Source of the DNA: the human T2T-CHM13v2.0 reference genome, Homo sapiens
Assembly: GCF_009914755.1 (NCBI RefSeq)
Contig: NC_060947.1
Strand: one strand, 5' to 3'
DNA: 64,000 nucleotides
A program made the translations under genes and the position numbers. A model generated the notes under the pieces. It saw only the letters and a program-made list of their open reading frames with translations. It was not told the origin of the DNA and did not search any database. Positions 52,848 through 64,000 of this stretch are shown here, in pieces; the stretch's first letter is position 1; each line of letters starts with the position of its first letter.

Positions 52848-53200
52848 CTTCTTCTTTCAAGTTGGCATAGTGCATTTTTCAACAAATACCTGTTGGTTAT
52901 TTCAGAGTTTTCCCTTCTCAGATTCATTGGACACCACCCTTATTGCTTTCTTCTTCATCCAGCATGCACATGGATACCATACAGGTAATCCGATTCTAAT
53001 CTATTTTAAATGTTGGCAATAGGTATTTACTTTTGCTATATAGCTTCTCTGTCTCTTTTTATATAAAAATGTGGATACATTAAAATATTTTTCTGTTCCT
53101 ATTGCGCAATCTTCCAAGGCTCTGATAAAATATATCTTAATTCTAGTCTTCGTATTAGAGCAATAATTTTAACGACTCAGCAGTAGAACCTTTCTTTCAA

Positions 53201-53308
53201 ATTAAATGTTACAATGACCCTCAAAGTACAATATATATATACAAATACAATATATATGCTATATATATACATATATATAGTACTTTGAAGGTCATTGTAA
53301 CATTTAAT
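53201..53308. repeat. 29-bp inverted repeat (1 mismatch) around a 50-nt TA-rich spacer
   Basis: attaaatgttacaatgaccctcaaagtac ... gtactttgaaggtcattgtaacatttaat. Confidence 0.95.
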
Positions 53309-53949
53309 GTATATATGCATATTTTAATATATGTGCATATTCATAAACAATTGTGAATAAAATATGAAATATATAAATATACATTTATTATTATATATTT
53401 CTTATAACACTAACTGTAACTCTATTTGATGAGAACAATCAGGCTATTTTCATGCCTCCACATCCAATTTAACTCTGTATGTGTCTTGGTTAAAAATAGA
53501 GTGAATTCTGATTTACTCAGATAAGTATTTGCAAATGATAAAAGCTTTTAAAAAAACAGAGCAAATTGTTGGTATTAGTTTTAACAGTTGATTTGATTTC
53601 TTGTCATAAGCATTTAAATTGAATAAGAAAGAACTAACATTTTCAATAAAATCTAAATCCAATACAATGCCCTACTTCTTTCTTTTCTGACTACTCAAAT
53701 TATTATTGAGTAAATTATGTGCTAAGGAGATATTCTTGTGCCATGCTGGGCATTTAATTGAATGTGGCTTGGATGCACTATAGCCATAGATTGGCTTATA
53801 GAATTTACTTTCATAATCATGGATAGGCCATTTTTTTCAATACCATGTTAGCAGTGCAAACTTAATCAATAGTATACTTGCAAAATTTTCGAGTACATTC
53901 TACAGATGTCATGGACTGCCTTATTCCCATGTCTGCAGAAAAAGTTGTT

Positions 53950-56118
<2,169 letters not shown>

Positions 56119-56372
56119 TCAACAAAAAGCTAAACATTGGTATGTGACATATTTGAATGTACATTTAACCAATTGGTTAATTCATTAGGACAAATGTTTA
56201 AAAAATAAAATTTATGGCAAACATTCATGGATCACCTAGGCACTATTAACCATAGTTTGAAAACTACTGAATTATAATATATTTTTATTTTAGAAATCTT
56301 ACAGTTTGGAATCTATAACTCAATCAGTGTGTTTAGCTTAGCTATTCACTTTAACCCAGATGTAACCCACAT

Positions 56373-56616
56373 GGTTGTAAGTGGTGGTGAAATTATCCAA
56401 GTCACCACCAGGGAATTTGTACAAGTCTGCAGCAATCTTCATTCTTGCCTCCTCAGAAGAAAGAATTTGACTGAGGGCAATAAAGCAGAAGGAGAGACTG
56501 AGGCAAGTTTTAGAGCAGGAGCTAATGTTTATTAAAAAGCTTTAGAACAGGAATGAGATGCAGTGTGACAACTGCCTGACCATCACCTGATGATTGCCTG
56601 ACATTCCTGGTGGGGC
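56373..56616 (-). mobile_element. Internally deleted MER51-type ERV1 LTR
   Basis: ttcttgcctcctcagaagaaagaatttgactgaggg...gaggcaagttttagagcagga...tttattaaaaagc; caactgcctgaccatcacctgat. Confidence 0.75.
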
Positions 56617-57650
56617 TTTCTTATGGATGTAGAATGCATACTGAATGATTGTCCGCAAATTAGATCTGTATTGCTCATTTACTATCCTAGCATTACTCAT
56701 TTACTATCCTATTATTTTATATGATAGTAAAAGAAGAACAATAGTTAAGCAAGTCATTTTACTAATAGGAGCATTTTATTTTTAATGAAGCCACTACAGT
56801 ATGTTTTTTAAAGTAGTTTTGAAATAGGATCTCAACAATGTCCATTGGATAACTAAATGCCTATTGGGTAAAGGGGGATGGATGGCTGCTAATTACTTCA
56901 ATAATGCTAGAATGAAGCTGAATCAGGACAATAGCAGAGGAAAACAACTGATATTTCTAGGACTTTTAACCTAAAATTGAAATGAAGAGACTTCAAATTC
57001 ATTAAAACTAATCAAAGTATTTTATAGGCTTTGAAACTTTGGGAAATCAATTATATTCTATCAACATAGATCAATTCATCCTTGTAGGTAATGATTAAAA
57101 AGGAATACTATGTAGCAATGATGTGAAGACAATAGTGTGATATCTGTTGTCATTGAAATAGATTGGCTTTGCACTCTATGCTCCCCAGAAGCTCATTATT
57201 TTGTGTTTAAACACTGAACTCAAAGGAATGGATATTGCCAATCTTTCCCTACCAGTTACATTCGCCACCAGTTACATTTCCACTGAGGTCAGTAGTCGTA
57301 GTCCAGGAATGGAAACTAATTTTTTAGAGGTATGAAATCCAATCTTGCTAACTAGACCTTTTCTCCGAGACATATAACTATGCTTAATAAAAATGGATAG
57401 GCATAGGTATATACTTAAGAATTTTTTTAAATAGAGTGCCTATGCAAAGATATGGGTCATCTTACAAAACTGTTATCAATTGGGTTTCTGAGGGAATCCT
57501 TCAACTTTGAAAATGTCTCTCCACAGTCATAATTATGCATTAAACATCAGTCCTAACTTTTTTTTTGTTTTGTTGATTGAGTTGTAATCTTCTCTTTACA
57601 TAGTCAGGAATTTGACCAGTTCAATCTGGCCTTCTCCAATGAGACTTTAC

Positions 57651-57685
57651 TACACACAAACTACACACACACACACACACACACA
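57651..57685. repeat. (CA)n microsatellite
   Basis: Directly visible. Confidence 0.9.
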
Positions 57686-57699
57686 GTGTCAGCCAATTT

Positions 57700-57900
57700 G
57701 CCCTTTTAGTCTGACTGTAATTTGAAGATCATGTGATTTTGAGCAAGTTGAATAACTTCTCTATGTCTCACATACTTCATCTGCAACAAGGGAATAATTA
57801 TAATACTATTGTGAAAATTAAAGTGGTTAACATATGCAAAATGTATGTTACACATAGCTTGATATATACCAAAGTTTATATGTAAGTATTTAATTTTATT
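57700..57900 (+). mobile_element. MIR SINE
   Basis: tgtgattttgagcaagttgaataacttctct...catctgcaacaagggaataat...gtgaaaattaaa. Confidence 0.75.
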
Positions 57901-58117
57901 GTTTTCCACATATTTTGAATATAACACTTTCTATAATTTTTTTTCATGTTTGAAGGTATTTCAACACAGATCTTGAAGAGACTGCAAACTTCATAGGTGA
58001 TGGCTGTTTCCTGCATTCAGCTATGTAATGAATTATCTTTGCTGAGGTCTTTGTTTAAACATCTGCAGTGGTATGGCTTTATGACTTCAGATGGCAGAAC
58101 CTGGGATTTGCAATTCC

Positions 58118-58793
58118 TAATACAGGACTTCTTATACAGCAGGATTTTTTTTTGGTCATTTTGCCAACCAAGGACCTCCATGGCTGGTGATGCCCCCATG
58201 CCAGCCTGCACCTCACTTGGCCCTGGGCCTGCTGCTGGAGTGCCCCAAGTACTTGGACCACCTGTGTTATAGCTTGTACCCATGTTCAGTGGTTCCCAAA
58301 CTCTTGTTGACGTCCAAGAAGAAAGAGGATACCCTGACAATTCAAAGGGTGAGGAGGATAGAGAGGAATTTTGTTGAGTGATAGAACAGCTATCAGCAGA
58401 AAGGCTATGTGGGGGTGGTCCCCCACCCTGCAATCAGGTGGTTTATCTCTCAGTGTGGCTGAGTCTGGGGGTTTTATGGAGTCAGAATAGGGAAGTGAAT
58501 GCTGATCGGTTTGTGAGTATGCAAAGAAAGGCTAAAGCAAAGACACCATTCAAAGGTGGGCATGGCAGTGTAGAAAACCAATTAGGAAAGGATAGGTATA
58601 TGTAAAATAGGTGAAGGATGGGAAACAATCAGAGGAATACATGCTGGGAAGGAAGACAGGTTCCCAATCTGTTCCCTGGATTTGACTTGTAGCTTGGCTT
58701 TCAAACTTTAGAATGTCTTCTGCTTGGCAGTGGGGTTTCACTGAGGACTTCTCCCTATCTGCTTAGGCATTTGTCTGACTCCTACTGCTATCA
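58118..58793 (-). mobile_element. ERV1 LTR (LTR27/LTR28/LTR1 group)
   Basis: Reverse complement starts tgatagcagtaggagtcagacaaatgcctaagcagatagggag...gtgaaacccc; left boundary approximate. Confidence 0.7.
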
Positions 58794-61770
58794 TTTGCAT
58801 ACTGCAAGAAGGGAGAGTGTAATCTAGTTTGCACTACATGCCCAGCGGGGAAACAATTCTGCAGATTCAAAGTACAACCAGAGCAATGAAAATGGCAGAT
58901 TTTTTTCATAATCATTAGAGGTGACCATTCAAGCATCCAAATGGGCAGACAGGTTCTCAATCTGGTCCATGGATTTAACTTGTAGCTTGGCTTTCAGGCT
59001 TTAAACTGTCTTTGACTTGGAGGTGGGGTTTCACCAGGGACATACCCTTATCTGGCTAGGAGTTTGTCTGCCTCCTGAACCTACCAATTTTCCCTTATGA
59101 AGAGGTACATCTAACTGCTGTTAGGAGGAGTATGTTGACAATCTTAACTGCTTTCTGCTGACAAGAGGCTCTGTTTTGGGAAAAGAGCAGCCAAATCTGT
59201 CTCAGAGGCTTATGTAAGGGTACCCAGTAAATAGGAGCCATTGTCTGAGGCTCTGGTTGCATGACCGTTTGGAGTTTGATGGCCTGAAGGTGAGAAGAGA
59301 CAAACTAGGTTATTAGAAGACATGTATCAGAACTGGGTGTAAGGACAGCTTAAAAATCCTGAGGCTGCCAACACACTCAGATAACTAGTGGCTATAGTTA
59401 TGCCTGCCCAGGTTTGGGTACTTGGGGCTTGGCTTTATTTAGCTCCCTTGGTCTTATTTTCCCAAAGAAACCTCCAGGTTACAGATACCCTATTTACTTC
59501 TATCACCTGGCAGGATTTGCAGGATATTTGCCCAGAACTAGAATATTAATCCAGATTTTCATATTACCCATCCCTCTGTTTCTCCTGAGCTGCAGCAAGA
59601 GATCACTGGTTGGTTCACAGGAACAAGCACAGTTAGTCTAAAATGCAGACAAAAACTTAAAAACAACTAATGAAATTAGAATTTAATAACAAGTGTATGA
59701 TAATTTTGAAACATAATCTTTCTTACTCCAGTCCTCATTTTTGTTAAAAACAAATCACTATAAGACTGAGTTGTTCACAAAATAAACTTTAGTCTTATAC
59801 TTGGCCTGATTATTTGCATAAAGTGCAGCAAGAATAATGATCTTTCACATAGGTTTTTAAGTTGGCTTTGATGGAACTCTGTTCCACAAAAAATCTCAGA
59901 TAAGACTTTAAAGCTAAGCCCAGCCATGAGTTTGTACCTTCAAATACCTATGAATTGGGTAAAATTCTCTTCCTGAGGTCCCAAGATAAATTGGGGCTTC
60001 TGAGATTGTTAGAAATTGACATTCTTCGTTATGAACCCTGCACAGGGGCTGTGTAGGGAAGGTATGAGGCCAGTTTCCCCTAGGAGCTTTTATTGGCTCT
60101 GCAAGGCAAGCTTGGCTCCTTAAGGGGAAGCACACTCCTCCAGTCAAATCCTTGCTAAAACCACCAGTTTCTCCAATTGCATCCTGTTGCAAAAGAAAAT
60201 GGATTTTTATTGTACTTATGCAAATAAGTATATTTCCATATGTTAAGAGTGCTCACAAATAGTTTCCAAATTCTGGAGAAAGCAGGCAGAGAGAAACAAA
60301 TATGCTCCAAATTTTGTTCATAAGTATTTACCTTACTCAATTGTTAAAAGCTGTAAATAGCTCCAAATAAAAGTTGTCCTGACTTTGAAAAACAAAGAAT
60401 CAGCAACGTTTTAAGCAAAAAGTTAAAAAGGATTACTTCAGCTTTTTATTAGTTTAGTGCATTTCATTAACTCTTGTTTTGCTTGATATTCATGAACATT
60501 TCAGCTCTTCATGAGTCCTGTAAGTTTTTCTTCCATTCCAATGTCACAATCAACAAAATTATCAGAAACCTGAATTTGAGAGCATCTGTTAAAGTACTAT
60601 AGCTGATTATAAACCATCTTTCGAAGAGGATCAAAACAAGACAACAATAGTCTGTGAATGACAAAATGTCTTCAGGTAGTCACAGTCCAAAACATGATTG
60701 GCAAAGAAATGTGGTTATTTCTGTGGTTAACAATAACTTAACATAATAACCTGAATTATGATTGATAGCATATACTCAGACATTAGCATTTAAAAATCCC
60801 ATACAATTTTGGAACATATATTAATATTATCCACTAAAATACAACCTGAAGAAGATTAAATGGTATATTTATTTTGGTAATTCCATGTAACTACATATGT
60901 CAAATAATCCTGTTTGCCTCTCTTTTGGATGCTCCGGAGGTCCTCTCTAGCATCCAAAAGCTAGGGGTCAGAAAATATAATTTTTGAAGATGAAATTTGA
61001 TTTTGGGAAGCCTGTTATATATGTTAGAGGTTTACAATGCTTGATATTATGAAATAGAATTTCAGATTACTATAAGTTATTTATTTAGACAAAATGATGA
61101 CTGAAAAACTTTTTAAAAAGACAAAAATCTTTTACTCATTAAGAGAGAAGACTTAGCTTTCCAAACAATCAGTCCTCTGTCTTTCCCTCCATTTTTTTGG
61201 TAGTTTATTAGCAAGGCAAACAAAAATCTTTTGTTATCCTTTAATATTACATGAAAATCTTGATCAAGAGAGAGAAAGCCAAATTTCACCCATACATTAG
61301 TCTACTATTAATGTCAACCTCACATTTAAAAAATGAAACCTTATAAATAATTCTATCCCATCTTAACAAGTTTGACCATGTGATGAGATTCTTATAAACC
61401 TTTTATAACTCTTTACAAATTTTTGTTAAAGAGCAGATCAGTGCTTTAAGAAAACTTTGTTGTGCTTTTATTTCAATGCTCAACTTATGAAAAACATATA
61501 ATCCCCTTTTGAACTTAGTCATTATGTTCACACATAGAATTTCTTTTACAAAATTAATTTTTACAAACCTTCCAAAACTGTTTTAAATTTTTAGCTTTAT
61601 CTTATTCAATTTAAAACAATTCTTTAACCCTCTAAACTAGGCAAAAATTTAAATTCCCATACCATCTTATAATCTTTTACTAAAAATACATTTTATTTTT
61701 CTTACACACCTTGCATGTAAATCTATTTTTAGTAGTCTCAGTTACATGGTATAATGGTAACTATCGGTAA
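58794..61770 (-). mobile_element. ERV1 provirus remnant: 3' LTR start (to 59086), polypurine tract, non-coding internal region (MER4/HUERS-like)
   Basis: Second LTR head at 58947-59086 is preceded on the minus strand by aagggaaaat. Internal motifs cttggcctgattatttgcataaagtgcagcaagaat and ggctttgatggaactctgttcc. No intact gag/pol/env ORFs. Confidence 0.75.
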
Positions 61771-61772
61771 TT

Positions 61773-62590
61773 TTTTTCTGGGATACATGTGCAAAAGGTG
61801 CAGTTTTTTACATAGGTAAATGTGTACTATGGTTCTTTGCTGTACCTATCAACCCATTATCTAGGTATTAAGCCCCACATGCATTAGGTATTTATCTTGA
61901 TGGTCTCCCTCCCTCCACCCCGCCAACAGGCCCCAGTTTGTGTTGTTCCCTTCCCTGTGTCCATGTGTTCTCATTGTTCAGCTCCCACTTATGAGTGAGA
62001 ACATGCGGTGTTCACTTTTCTGTTTCTGTGTTAGTTTGCTGAATATGATGACTTACAGCTACATCCATGTCCCTGAAAAACACATGATCTTATTCCTTTG
62101 TATGGCTGCATAGAAGAAAGAAAGCATACCACATTTTCTTTATCCAGTCTATCATTGGTGGGCATTTGGGTTGATTCCGTGTCGTTGCTGTTGTGAATAG
62201 TTCTGCAATAAACATATGTGTGCATGTATCTTTGTAATAGAATGATTTATATTCCTTTGAGTATATACGCAGTAATGGGATTGCTGGGACAAATGGTAGT
62301 TATTGTTCTAGGTCTTTGAGGAATAGCCACAGTGTCTCCCACAATGGTTGAACTAATTTACATTTCCATGAAACATGTAAAACTTTCCTGTTTCTCCACA
62401 GCCTTGCCAGCATCTGTTTTCTCTCGACTTTTAAATAATCACCATTCTGACAGGCATGAGATGATATCTCATTGTGGTTTGGCTTTGCATTTCTCTAATG
62501 ACTGGTGATCATGAGTATTTTTTTCATATGTTTGTTGGCTGCATAAATGTCTTCTTTTGAGAAGTGTCTGTTAATGTCATTTGCCCACTT
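61773..62590 (-). mobile_element. L1PA7/8-like 3' end inserted in the ERV
   Basis: ctgggatacatgtgc...ctaggtattaagccccacatgcattagg; ORF2 C-terminal sequence. Confidence 0.88.

Positions 62591-64000
<1,410 letters not shown>

Noticed and set aside
52890-53010. Minus-strand exon ending cag|gtattt
   Set aside because: Poor polypyrimidine tract and stops in all frames.

Overview
Primate (very probably human) AT-rich nuclear DNA made up almost entirely of interspersed repeats. It holds nested LINE-1s of many ages, including two full-length copies with target-site duplications (TSDs): L1PB1-like at 16209-22705 and L1PA8-like at 43952-50393. There is also a young 5'-truncated L1PA2/3 (53950-56073), five Alus, a complete THE1/MST MaLR element, several solo LTRs, an ERV1 provirus remnant, MIR/L2 relics and microsatellites. 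No host protein-coding gene, RNA gene or CRISPR array is supportable, and nearly all long ORFs are L1, Alu or LTR reading frames. I found no convincing new biological system. The best leads are: (i) a strong minus-strand bias of insertions, suggesting an intron of a + strand transcript, with two candidate + strand exons; (ii) an ORF0 homologue with an alternative start in the L1PA8 antisense promoter; (iii) template-switch-type inverted duplications, including a 29-bp hairpin at 53201-53308; (iv) an ~88-bp dispersed duplication of unique DNA. Subfamily names come from remembered consensus motifs and need RepeatMasker/Dfam confirmation.
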